DNA of 64,000 nucleotides from Ylistrum balloti (lineage: Eukaryota): NCBI RefSeq assembly GCF_031769215.1, contig NW_026781958.1, forward strand, positions 1,798,001-1,862,000, written 5' to 3'. Positions 41,161 through 61,263 of the stretch are shown here, piece by piece (position 1 is the first letter of the stretch; each line of letters starts with the position of its first letter). A program made the translations under genes and the position numbers. Under the pieces are notes generated by a model. The model was not told the origin of the DNA and made no database searches. It saw nothing but the letters and a program-made list of their open reading frames with translations.

Positions 41161-43544
41161 TGGGACCACAGAGGATGACTAAGGACTGACACTAGTGATG
41201 ATTGATATGAAGAATTATTATTATAAAAGTTGATATTGCTTTTTGTGGTATATCAGAATTTGTGTTGGCAGTGTTCAGTTTAATTGTGATAAATTTTCAG
41301 ACTAAGCAGTGTTAAATCTTGGGCAAAGTAGACCTAACATTTTATAATTATATACCGTCAGTCCAGTGAACATGCATGCTTGAAGTTCCTTCGTTGTTGT
41401 ACAGCGAGCTAGCGTTTGATGTCTTGTCGCTATGATTCTGTTGTCAGTGTTTATGTTACAAAATACCAATCCCAGGTAGTGACACGTGATTGCGACATTC
41501 CGCTGACAGATCAGTTCACGCGCCATGTAAGCTACATCATGAGTGAAAATGTGACATAGCTACCAAATATTTCATGAGCCATATTTTGTGTGTGTGTAGA
41601 TAATATATAATTAGCTTTTTTTAAAAATCCTTATTTACAAATTTCAGTTTTAAGAGTTAAATTGGGACATTTGGTAATAAAAAAAAATTGTTTTAAGATT
41701 TCACATCCTGTTAATTACTATACATAATTGCGCCCTACGTGTAGACGTCGCTATTTAGTGTTACATACCTGTCCATACATTAGAATACAAATTTATCAGT
41801 AGCGACATGCTGATAACACACATTAAATACTGCAAGTTATCGGAGAGATCACACATCTTTATAGGACAACTCCCGCTCTAGCAAAATACCTTCCCGAGTA
41901 CGAATTTATCACACAATTGAAACTTGCTATGCAATGTTGCACCAAAATTATACATACGGAAGAACATAGTTACTATTGTGCAAGTCTCCAGGTAGATTGT
42001 CCTATTTTTAATTGCCTGTCGGTTCGTGGAGACATGTTTCGTCGGGTACAAACCGAATGCACTTTGCAGCGATGCACTTGAGATTCTTGTTATGCACACC
42101 GTGCTGTATGAGGGAGTACTCTACGGATACAAGCACCAAGGCCGATCAGCTCATTCATCCCATCATGTCTGAATGTTCTGTGGGAGATCGCCAGCCTGTA
42201 AATCACGATATCCTAAACGTCGGGACACAGATCCCTATGGCGGGAAAACGTCCTATGAAACAGTTTGACGTATTTCGTAAAAAAAATCTATTCTGTAAAT
42301 TATTGTCATTATTTTATATACGTCATAGTGGCTCTCCATCGAGAGAGTTCCTGTGGTCACCATAATAGAATAAAAATCGGTCACGATGCATATACATCTA
42401 GTTATCCTTAATTTTATAAAAAGGCATGTCGGCTGTGAAGATCTATCAAACAACAAAAAGGCCTTGAGAGTCAACATATTTATATATACGGATTTATTCT
42501 TTCTGATGTGTCTCATGGACTTTCTGTCGTTCTGTATATACATCAATATCAATGCGTATTGATAAATGAAATATTTCAAATAAAATACTCATAAACACTA
42601 TGTTACAGCTTCATCATCCAGTCATATAGATATGTATTATTCATGCGAGTCAAAGACTTTTCGTTGACTTTTCCCTTTAGTATGTATCAGCTTTTAGATC
42701 TATATCATAAAAAAAAACCCCAAAAAAACCAATCCTTTCATTTCATTCATATTTGGCTTCCACGTAGCTCCATCATTCTATCGGATACATTTGTTAAATA
42801 TAGATTTCTGGTCATTCTGATATTTTTTCATCACTTCTCGGCGTTAGAAATCGCCGGCTATTAAGGTTTTCTCATGTCTCTGGACAAGCACCATTCCTCC
42901 CCCCCACCCCCCCCCCCCCCCCCCCGCCCCAGTTAACAATATTTGTATAAAATACGCCATATTGTGTTCGTATTTATATAGAACTTGTTATCATGGGGTA
43001 AAAGGGATTTTAATAAATGTAATCAAACTTAACACCAATGTATAGCACAAAAAATTTAATCATTTGACAAAGTTGAATCAAATTCAGAAAAATGTTAATT
43101 TTAACAGACCTTGACATATCACTAAAAATAACTAGTTTTAAATCAAAACAATTTCAGTACAAAAATGTTATGGGAAATAAAAACCGTCCATGGTTTACAT
43201 TTTCTAAAAGGTAGCTGTATACTACTCCTTTATCGTTATGAGTCTACCTCACCGCAAACAGGTGTCCGTATATATCTAAATATACATAGGTGACCACGTA
43301 CAGCCACATTTAAATGCCTTTGTTTCCCAATCGAATCGGACTTCGATCAACTTCTGAATAATTCTAAAGAAAACAATGCTAGTTTTACATAATTGATGTC
43401 GTCTAGTCTAAATTTGATCCTCAAAGAATGTGAAATTATGAATTTTCCCGTGCGACATGTGAGTATACTGCCTCTCCGGAACTCTCCTCACAAAATAAAC
43501 ATCCATCTGCCGCAGTGCGCGTTGTCGCATTGCAGGTGTAACCG

Positions 43545-43866
43545 AACCAATGAGCGTTACCGTTACAAACGTTTCCGTGGTAATTTAGGGCGAGATACGA
43601 GCCATTTCCGCGATGTTGATGGAAGCTGAACTGAAAATAGTCCATTCTTAATTCTACGATTTCTAGTTTAAACGTACTTTTTCTGCTCTGGAATTATACG
43701 TTATTTGTGAATATACTTGGTTTATATAAGAACGAAGCACGCCATTTGGATTTATCTACAAATAGAACACAGCGGACTAATCTTACTGACAGGACTACCG
43801 GTGTAAACTAAACACGGGGAATATAGAGCATCTGAACACAGCCGACAGCTTAGTTTAAAATCCACA
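43545..43866 (+). promoter_or_regulatory. Calmodulin promoter and 5' UTR
   Basis: NF-Y-type AACCAATGAG at 43545-43554 and TATATAAG at 43723-43730, about 140 bp upstream of the ATG exon. Confidence 0.55.
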
Positions 43867-50806
<6,940 letters not shown>

Positions 50807-51588
50807 TTATTGACAATGGACATAGTAGATTTTTTCATTAAATTTGTTGTCATTAAAATCACGTGGAATGTACGTTGTTGGTACACTTTTGTGACCATAC
50901 TGGGGAATAAATGCAGTCCGTATGTTGCTGATGGAAGCCAGACTGGATGGCCATCTGATATAGGAACCATTCGACAGCAACGCTGTATTTCCAGGCCAAG
51001 GGATTGACAGGGATTCCTTCCAATGGAAACCATGTCCCAGTTATGATGTAGAGCTGCTATTTCGTTCTACAGATGCTACGGATTATCAGGCAGGGAGATT
51101 TATAGTTGTTAGTGTAGCTAGCTTAGGCACTTCAGATTTTTGTAAAAAAGATAAAAAAAAAGAGGGAAAAAGTTGTATGTTACTGGTGTCCATTATTGTT
51201 GACAGACGTTTCATTCATCAACATTTCTCTCATTACCTGTTGACATTTGTTGTTACATCCTGTGCATTTCTCTTCATTATACATTCTTCAGGAAAAAAAA
51301 ACATTTAAGGGTGTACAAATTGGTAAATTCACTTTTCACCGTGAGATAATATCGATAAAAAGATAATCATGATTGTCTCCAAAATAAATATTATTGTAAT
51401 TTTTCAGAGTTCTATTTTGTCATCCCTTCTTCAAAGTTGTTGCTAAATTCTTTTCAATCTGGGTTGGGAGCGTGTAGCTGCACAGAATTATACATGTATG
51501 TCTGGTGGATAGTATTTAAAGATGTTTATTTATATTTCAAAACTGTTTACTTTCAGGAGATATGTATATATGATATATATATATAGTT

Positions 51589-51594
51589 AATAAA
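51589..51594 (+). terminator. Probable distal polyadenylation signal of calmodulin
   Basis: AATAAA followed by a T/GT-rich stretch; other AATAAA hexamers occur at 50906 and ~51383. Confidence 0.45.
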
Positions 51595-52079
51595 ATTGAA
51601 TATATGTCAAGATCAGTTGATTTCCAAAAGTTCCTTTCTCCGTGTGTTATATATTCATATGCACTGCTTAACTGGGGAGAATGTTTTACATATTAGATGA
51701 CAAGAGAGATGTATGCATTTAAATTAACTGCACAATACTGCGATCAAATTTAAAAGTTGGCACAGAAATCAGCATTGGCCATGTTTTAGTTTGAATGGCT
51801 GGAATTTATCAACTGAGCTATTAGTGTTACAACTAAATCAAGATTTTATTCAAAAGTTATATCTATTACATCTCTTTGATGGCTTGTCCTGACAGCCTGA
51901 CATTTCCTCTAAAATATATGGTATGCAAGTATTCTTTATGGGATAGTTCTGCAGGGATCAGGTTTCCCATCACTAGTTGATAAGATAGCAATGTTGAATT
52001 GGATCTCATTTCGCTTTAATGATTGATCTGTAGCAGGTATTAATTATTATCATGGCAACCGATACATGGTGTAAACAAC

Positions 52080-52505
52080 GAGCATAGTCCAGTGTTTTAC
52101 TGCTGTAAACCTCGAGCATAGTCTAGTGTTGTACTGCTGTAAACCTCCAGCATAGTCTAGTGTTGTATTGCTGTAAACCTCCAGCATAGTCTAGTGTTGT
52201 ATTGCTGTAAACCTCCAGCATAGTCTAGTGTTTTACTGCTGTAAACCACTAGCATAGTCCAGTGTTTTACTGCTGTAAACCTCGAGCATAGTCTAGTGTT
52301 GTACTGCTGTAAACCTCCAGCATAGTCTAGTGTTGTATTGCTGTAAACCTCCAGCATAGTCTAGTGTTTTACTGCTGTAAACCTCTAGCATAGTCTAGTG
52401 TTGTACTGCTGTAAACCTCCAGCAGTCTAGTGTTTTACTGCTGTAAACCTCTAGCATAGTCTAGTGTTGTACTGCTGTAAACCATGAACAGAGTTTAGTG
52501 TTGTA
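52080..52505. repeat. 34-bp tandem repeat (~12 copies)
   Basis: Unit AGCATAGTCTAGTGTTGTACTGCTGTAAACCTCC; the block starting at 52081 is repeated at 52251 (5-unit, 170-bp duplication). Confidence 0.95.
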
Positions 52506-54479
52506 CTGGGAGATACCTGAGTTGATGGTGTCCGTTTAAATATCCTAGTTACCAAGTGTTATTATTGCTACATACCACACTTTGGTGTCAATTTAGTATG
52601 AATGTTAATTTAGTACTGTCTATACCTGTGAGGTATAAAATGCAATGACAAGTATTGTACTAAATGTTTTATGCTTGCGAGAGCGGCACTTCATACTTAA
52701 GAGAGGTCAATAGATGTCCTGTTATGAAAATATACACTTCCTACACCAATATAAATTGACTACACATTTAGTTACACTGACAAATTTATGTAGGCGATCA
52801 AGCAATTGACCTACAGAACGAAAATAAGTCTGCAAATACAGCAATTAGCGAAGAGGCCTGAACGAAATGGCCGTACATTTCATCTTTTAATGAAACTATA
52901 AATTACCAGGGATGCAAAACCAAAGACTAACGATGATTGTTATTGAAGTTGAACAAAATGTAGATTTATTACCACACCTGACCTACGGGGAAGCAAGCTT
53001 GTGTTGTTGCACGACATCCATCAATAATTTCCTTTGGACATTTCGTCCAGACAGCCAAGAGGCGTAAGGTCATACTATGGGACCGTGATCATGCTGGAAT
53101 CTAGCCAAGTGTTACAAGGTCGTGTATAAAACGTGTTGAATCTTCAAATGTCGAATCTACCAGGAGGCTCGGGTTGGGTCTATGGCATACTGTGCGAGAG
53201 GTTTTCGAGCTTAAGATGAATGACCATGGTCTGTATTCAAAGTATCTGGTCTTTTCGTTCATATTGCAACTACTTCAGGATGCTTAGTCCTGAAGTCTTA
53301 CTTTGGTTTCTGACCTCAAAAAGCATTGAATCTGGTCCTTGTATGCCGAACAATTCAGGTTTTCTTGTCGCACTCTGGGCATAAATTACGGGCGAATGTA
53401 CTTGAAATCATTCCAGTATTTGGATCTAAAGTTCAACGGTGATTATTGAAGTGAATTTTGTGTGTAACTGATAGATTTCTTTCAAAACTGACGGATCAGC
53501 AGTGGATTTTTGTAGGGAAAGTCTGAAACGCCATTTTTATGTAAATTGTCTTTTTTCAACTCATTGAAAATTTGAATTGGGGTATGAAAAGACCTCGTTA
53601 AGAAGACGCGTTTATTTACTAGATCTGTATGGAACCAAGCGTCGTGACATGGAGAGTTCGTAGCTTTCTGCCAACATTGGTCGAATTTCAAGGTTACGGA
53701 TAAACTCTCTTTGAATTACATGTATTATTGAATACTATTTAATTGCAACATCTGATCGGGTTTGGATCTAGATTGGATAACGGTTACCTGTTTTGTCTAA
53801 ATGAATGGTCTTGATCAACATTAAAAGTTCACAAAAGTCGAATAAGTTCATGTGTTAAAACGACCTCTTTCTACAAACCAAGTGTCCCTTAATTTTCGGG
53901 AGGTATTTGCAACATACACTAGTATTCTGTCAAGTTCTATGGTGTTCGAACTCTTCCAACAATGTAACTACTTACACTTGTAAGCTGCAGAACAAGTGAG
54001 TAATATTAGCCCGTTGAACCTTTTCTTTCGCCAACGTGTTTGAAACCGAGCACTAGGTGATGGTCGTTATTAATTGCTTCAATACTCCAACATGGGTTCA
54101 CAAGATGGAATTTTTTTGCACAACGATCCATTTTTTTGAAAGATATCATTACAGCCCACTGTACTTCCCTCGAATAGCCCAATAAAAATACATTTGTTAA
54201 TCCGACTGTTTCAAATGAACATTTATCGTGCTGCGACAGTTTTCAAAGACTTGCAGCAGTCGCCCATAGGTCAAATATTACGGCTTGTTTTTCATCTAAA
54301 CGCATAATGAATAAAATCTTATGACTAAACCGAACTACTTGGAACAAAACGGAGGAAACAACGTAAACATTTGATGTAGCTTTGCTCAAAGTTAACTACC
54401 ATTAACAGTCGGAGGCACTCGATCTGATCAGAACTTGCATCCAGACGGTATTAGACGAATTGAACCCTTGGTTTCGTGT

Positions 54480-55010
54480 CTCGGGATCAAACCGTCTTAT
54501 GAAGAGTATGGTCAAAGGGAGATAATCGGATTTCATAGCCAGTGGAGTTTTGAGTTATGTCCGCTATGTACATACGGAGGCAGTTCACAAGCAGAAAGTA
54601 AAAGACCTCCGATTACTCATGGCGATTGGTCATGTGGTCATGACAATATTCCCTTTCTGATTTGAAATATCTATTCTCAGTTATGCGACAAATATTTTAC
54701 AACAATGCTTGTAATTGTAGCCGTTGAACGAAATACACTCGTGAAGGTTTTACACAGACCTACATATTTATTATCTTTCTTTCAGTCGTAGTCAGTATTA
54801 CAAACAGTAGGTTTAATACAGGTATACATAATCGTTCTTCCGCATCAATGCATATCTACTTTTTTTTAAATGATAACATGGGTAGCTCATGAACACCTGT
54901 TTAAATTTGGTGTCCATCAATGTGGTATCGGCGAAACCAAGTGTACGACCAGAACTGGTACACTGATGTTATCAGTTCTTCTGGTGTCCATGAAATATTT
55001 GAATTTTTCA
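54480..55010 (+). pseudogene. Decayed class A peptide GPCR (FMRFamide/sex-peptide-receptor-like), TM2-TM5 region
   Basis: Three successive frames give VMTIFPF*FEISILSYATNI / TTMLVIVAVER (54699-54731, TM3 [DE]RY-like) / TYIFIIFLSVVVSITNSRF (54758-54814, TM4-like) ... WYRRNQVYDQNWYTDVI; several stops and two frameshifts. Confidence 0.45.
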
Positions 55011-56594
55011 ATCTAAATAATTGAATATCTCAAATTTCATTTTTAAATATTCCTGTACTGCACAACGATAACATTTTTCGTGGTTCCTTTTTATAAATTG
55101 TAGTGGACGAGATCTTAACAACTCAATCGTTTTTAGAGAAAAGAAAAGAAAGAGAAAACAGCATACCATTTCTTGTCGTACACTTAGTTTGCAAATTAAA
55201 AAGGAAATTCGTAGGTTTCCATTAACATACCACGAAGATAACTTGATACATTAGTATATTGATACTCAAGTAATATTATGTGCTTGTGTATATTTGTGTA
55301 TAATTTTCTGTTTGCAATACTGACTGAAAGTGTCATATTGTATTATTTACCATTAAAGGAAAAAAAGAGTCAAAAACACGTATTTCGTTCAGCAGCTAGA
55401 ATTACAACCAATACATTGTAGAGAACTATTTATTAATAGCCTGAATGGGAAGAACAGATATTCTACATCCAAAACGAAACATTGTGATGGCCAAATAATT
55501 TGAAGGAAACAATTTACTCACCATTTACCTCGGAAGCGGACTGATATGAAAATCTGAAATTCTGTAGAAAGAATTCATATCCAACATGGTCTTGTAAGAT
55601 ATCTCAGTATTCTTTTTAAAACCGTTTGCGACATTCAAGAAAGGATTTCAACAGGGGAAGAAACTTTGTTCATCTCTCCAAGAACCTTTATGTCTGGTGT
55701 TGCGCACGTTCTCTTTTTAAAAGCAAATATCCGTCTGAATTGCAAGTTGAGATGAAAAAAATTTTACATTTTTTCCCTCTGAAACTTCATACGTGTTTCC
55801 GGTTTCTCGGCCGTAAAGAAAAAATACACTGAAATCGCCATATTAATGGTTTTCCTGATGGTCTGTAATTTTTTTTTAATGTTTTTTTTTTCAAATCTCA
55901 GCACTGAGTCGGTCTCATGTACGTTTGTGACACCGGAGCCAGAAGCTTATTGGGACGCCTATCATTTACTGCATATATCACAGAACGATTTCAAAGATGG
56001 CGGTCACCAGACCATCAAAATTAACTGGGATGTTAGTCGAGTTTTGAATGTATGTATATATTTGTGGAGTTGTCATCTTATATCAAATATATATCTCGAG
56101 TTTGATTCTGCTTATCCGTATTACTTTATGTCGGAAAAAAAACTAGAGAAAACACTGGTGTTACCAAAGACTGACATATCTTCAAGTAGGCCTGTGTTAT
56201 TAACATGTGGCGTTTCTATTTTAATATGTTGTTGTGTATTTTTAAATCGTCTTTTTCACATTAATTTACTTTACATTCTGTCAAATTAAAATGCCAGATG
56301 GGTATCATGTTTTTACAATTTATCATTGGATCCGAATCTTAAATTCTCGCCTATATTTTAATACAAATGAAAATGCTGTAGGCTTCGTGCTATTGTGTTT
56401 ATTGCTATGAATACAATATACTCGGCCCTGACATGACTCTCTAATGCAATTTTATATGTATCCCTGCAGTAGATTTTTGAGAAAATCAAATTTGTCTGAA
56501 CGGAAAATTGAGTTTAAGAATATTTTCGGGACAGCATTCCCAACAATTTCCTTCTTTGGTGTTAACATGAATTTTCGTTTATTTATTAACAAAA

Positions 56595-58582
56595 TTACTC
56601 CGCTGTGTTATTCTGTCGGACGAAGCAGCACAACAGGTTTCTACGGATCCAGTCTTTCCTGTTGTTGACCTTGGATGAACGTGTCGTCTGCTCGCCGACT
56701 GAGGCGCCACTGCTGCCACCTATTGGACATAGAATGAACGATATCAGAAAACAAGAGGATGAATAAAACGACACATTTAACACTAAACATTATATATCAA
56801 ATAAACTGACTATTTAAAAAAGATTTTTCGAAAATCAAGTTAGCACAAACTTGTGTTTTTCGTTTTTCTTAAATTGGATGTCGCGATTGACCTTCCTGTA
56901 TTACTACTGCGAACAGTTGGAAATTTTTGTTTTTGTTCTTGTTCTTTTTTTTATTTCAATTCGAATCAGAAGCTATCAGGTCAGAAATTGTCTGTTTTTT
57001 CCTCTGTATTTCTGATTTTCCCGCACAGTTATTGTCTATAAGCGACTTAAATTGATGGAAAAACTTTCAGTTATGCTTTCGTCTGCTTTTGTTTTGTTTT
57101 TCGAAACACTTCATAAACTCAGAGTTCTAAACTTAAAGCCATTAAAACTAGATATATTCTCACCTTCTGTACCAGTGACTGCTTTCTTTACTTCTTTATT
57201 GTCTCTCTATTAAAAAATAGAAACAGTGTAATGTAGTAACCAGGTAATGACAATGCTAAAACATAACCATTTTTAATATCCCCGCTTTCACCGAAACGGG
57301 GGATATTGAATTGGGTTCGTCCGTCTGTCTGTCACACTTTCGTTTCCGTGTTTTCACTTCCCCAAATATTATACAATTTGGGTGAAACGTGGTCAGCAGA
57401 TGCATCTTGGGGTCATTAAGACTGAGTTTGACTATCAGTGTCATCTGTTAATAATTATGCATACTAATAAAGTATCCTTTGATTTCATTGGTCAATATGC
57501 TTGTTATTATCGTTTCATCCATTTTCCATTCCTACTTTTTTTCCCGTGAAAGAACATCTTATTTTCATTGAAATGATCATGTGTAACTTTGACAGTACTC
57601 GATTGAGTATATCAAATAATAAGCCAATATATGGTCATGTTTCAGCCACAGATTCGATAATGTTCTAACACGTGTTCACAAAGGTGATGGTAAGCTTACC
57701 TTCAGTAGTCTGTCTAACAGTCCTCCCAATATATTCTTTTTGTCGGAAGTCTGGCTCAACTGCCGTGTAGTCACGGGCTCGTTAGCTGTTTAACAAGAAT
57801 ACGAATTAGGTATCTGATAAAGTTATTCGTATACATTTATTAAGATAAATTCAGACAATACAGTTACGATTAGATGATCCAGGATTCATTCCGTGAAAGT
57901 ATATGGTAGTTCTAGGACGATTTATTTATTCATCTCAATTAATTGTTCATTATGAGAGAGTCTGGCTAGTAATGCCGTATACGAAATAATGATAGGTGTT
58001 TCTGAAATACCTTGGACGATGTCAGGGGCTGCAATTCGAACCTGATTGTCACTTCCGCTTCCTGTCACTTCTTGCTTGCTTCCTGCGTCACTAAATGCCG
58101 GTGAATTACTTCCTAATGTGACAGTTGTTACTTCCGGTGTTGTTTTGAGCAGTTCTTCCATCTTATTATCAGTAGGCGATGTTTGACCTTCGCGGATGGC
58201 GGTCACCGATTGTCCAATGGTCAACTCTACAACATCATTTCCTTCCTTATCAACGTGTCCTGACCATTACTTCATCTTATCATCTGTTGGGGAAGTTCTA
58301 CCATCGCGTATGGCGGTAATTGACTTTCCAATGGTCAACTCTACAACATCATTTCCTTCCTTATCAACGTGTCCTGACCATTCCTTCATCTTATCATCTG
58401 TTGGGGAAGATCTACCATCGCGTATTGCGGTAATTGACTTTCCAATGGTCAGTTTCACAATATCATCCACCCCTTGGTCAAGATCTTCGGCCATTACCTC
58501 TGTAAAGATTTTAGTCCATTGCATTGTCTATTGCAGTATTAGTCAAATTCCGCGCTATACTGTGCAGTTGTTCATCATCCAT
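56595..58582 (-). pseudogene. Left paralog: 4-exon gene for an unrecognised AKAP-like protein (274 aa if repaired), apparently disrupted
   Basis: Exons 58582-58011, 57785-57700, 57206-57164 and 56719-56595, with GT-AG sites and compatible phases. An extra base at 58513 creates TAA after codon 23, and a GAA>TAA nonsense lies at 58267-58269. Confidence 0.75.
57271..57499 (+). mobile_element. Helentron/HINE (pearl/DINE-1-like) fragment in intron 2 of the left paralog
   Basis: Absent from the right-arm intron. Starts in a T-run, with hairpin AATATCCCCG-CTTTCACCGAAA-CGGGGGATATT (57275-57307) followed by (GTCY)n at 57318-57333. Confidence 0.55.
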
Positions 58583-60345
58583 GGTGTAATCTGAAGTAAC
58601 AGTTCGTGATGTCGAAGTTTGGTCTGTACAAATTTTGTAATTATTCCACAAATGTCGAGACATAGATATTGATTAATAAACGACGACTACGCTGTTAAAT
58701 GTAACAGTCCAAACAGATTCATAATTCCAGGAAGAAAAGACAAATGTTGAAAGACGTACCGATATCAGACAGTCGATCTATGCAATATCTGTTTTAAATC
58801 TCATTGGTGCGAACAGACTGGTTAAAACCCAACTTTAAAATGAATGTAAATAACTTTATTATAACAATATCTTACAACAGAAATGCATTTATTCTCAATT
58901 TGATTCAACATATCTTTTATCTTTTGCTAGATTTGAACATTCCTGTCCCTATACAATGATAATATTAGAAATTCTCCGTCCAAAAATTAAAGATCCTCAC
59001 TTCGAACTCAAAAAACTAATTCTCTTCTGCCACGAAAGGTTCTATCTTTCCTAAATAACACCATAAAATTTGGTACAGATGAAGTATCTAGGTGCGTTTC
59101 ATTAAAACACAAAATATTTAATTAATTTGTGATGTTTTTCAATATGTTCCAATTTATTACATTATTTAGAAAATTCCTGGTATTTAAATGAAATATAGTC
59201 AGTGCATTATCTGAGGGGCCGAGATTTGTGGCTACCTCTATGATCAATATCAATAAAATTAATATCGAAATATGATCAAAACATTTGCGCCCCACAGAAT
59301 ATATTCATAGAAGAATTGTTCCATATCAGCATGGTTAACATAAAATTTAATTCAATCCCTGTATATTATACGTTCGAGTTTAAAGAGTTGGTCCATAAAC
59401 TGTTGTGGAAATTTCCGATTGAAGCCAAATAACAGACAGGCCACCTATTACACATCATTAAAAGTAGTACATTTTTTATCGATAATTTTGATTGAATTGC
59501 ATTTTATTGAAATTCTGATTCTGTCGATGTCGACAGTGTTTAATTATTGTCGCAGAATCCTTCCGCCCCCACCCCCGCCCCCGCACCCAAACCCCAAAAA
59601 GTTATCTTAAAACCACATGTTGACTCCACAAACAAATTTGATAATGTTAAGTTCGTTTACAATGTAACAAAATATAAAAAAGACGTGTAAATAAGGTTAA
59701 CAACATGAAAAAGCTTTCGAGGGAATTATTTTATGATTACGTCGGTGATATCGTTTACAAACTTGACACAATAAATAAAATTTGGAATAAATTCTTTTCT
59801 GTTACAAAATACTGTTGCATTAAACTATTTACATTTCATTTAAAAGTTGGGATTTTAACCAATCTGTTCGCACTAATGAGATTTAAAACAGATATTGCAT
59901 AGATCGACTGTCTGATATCGGTACGTCTTTCAACATTTGTCTTTTCTTCCTGGAATTATGAATCAGTTTGGACTGTTACATTTAACAGTGTAGTCGTCGT
60001 TTATTAATCAATATCTATGTCTTGACATTTGTGGAATAATTACAGAATTTGTACAGACCAAACTTCGACATCACGAACTGTTACTTCAGATTACACCATG
60101 GATGATGAACAATTGCACAGTATAGCGCGGAATTTGACGAATACTGCAATCGACAAAATCTTTACAAAGGAAATGGACGGAGATCTTGACCAAGGGGTAG
60201 ATGATGTTGTGAAACTGACCATTGGAAAGTCAATTGGCCGATCGACAACGCAAAAAATAAAAGCGAACGGTTTCGTGTCGTGGTCGTACTTTCCACGAGT
60301 GTCCTTCCAAACAAGAGACGATTATACAGTTGAAATTAGTACCCA

Positions 60346-60449
60346 TGTTTCCCAAGTCAGCGGAAGAATGACAAACCTCATATACCGGTGTTGTCTGTCA
60401 ACACAACATCTAAACGGGTCGAGGAATCCCACTGTACATGTCAGATAGG
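60346..60449 (+). pseudogene. SWIM zinc-finger relic (start of a SWIM/YqaJ-type transposon ORF)
   Basis: CFPSQRKNDKPHIPVLSVNTTSKRVEESHCTCQIG followed by a GG|GTATGC donor; the upstream part is in another frame. Confidence 0.6.
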
Positions 60450-61027
60450 GTATGCTTTTGTTCTGCAATATTATGTGTATGTTGTATTTGTTCTGTACCA
60501 TCTTTTGGTTGAATAATAATCACAATAATAAATATAACTAGATAACAACACTATTATACAACACCCATTCTGGAGTTTTGTCGTACATGATAATAATAAT
60601 TTTACCGACCCGAGTTAGCCTGTTGTAATGCTTAAAAAAGGTCTATTATTGTTATTAGGTCTTTTTACTATTTATTACGCTATATATACATAATAAATTT
60701 GTCAACAACGTATCATCACCATCCTCATTTTAGGAGCATTTGTGTTTAATGGTATGTGACAACTATTTCATTATCAAAGGCAATTAGGATGAATGAATTA
60801 TATTTTTAATAATAAATCGTTTTTGAAGATTATTTGTCAATAAATCATAGTATATGTATCAAGTGTGTAAATTCTGATACCTTGAACTATATATAAGTGA
60901 AAAATAAAAAGAATATGGCCATATAAGGTCTTTGAAATTTTGAGTAAAATGTTACACAAATTTGCACCTGATCTTGGCTGAGGCAATATCTTTTAGTACT
61001 AAAAAATTACTTAATTCACATCAACAG

Positions 61028-61105
61028 TGGGCTTTTGTCCCCATGGGCTTTTGTCCTATGGGCTTTTGTCCTAGTGGGCTTTTTTCCTAGTGGGCTTTTG
61101 TTCTA
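61028..61105. repeat. Five copies of a 15-16-bp unit inside the transposon
   Basis: TGGGCTTTTGTCCYA starting at 61028, 61044, 61059, 61075 and 61091. Confidence 0.9.
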
Positions 61106-61263
61106 CAATGTTGAATCCGTTTATGTTTTTTTTCCTCTTTACATTTTTGCTAATAATTAAAAAGATATATATATATATATATAAAAAAAAAAACAAAGTT
61201 CAAGTGGTGTGATAGTTTTCTATGGAGCAGAATTAATGAAATAAAAATAAAAACAGTCGCCAT

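Noticed and set aside
42012-42365. ORF containing KADQL (calmodulin-like) and a GKR cleavage-like site
   Set aside because: The matches are too short, there is no signal peptide, and nothing else resembles calmodulin or a neuropeptide precursor.
53000-53460. Semi-open frames, including LPGGSGWVY (+) and RYFEY...VCHRP (-)
   Set aside because: The motif hints point to different families on opposite strands and are too short to call.
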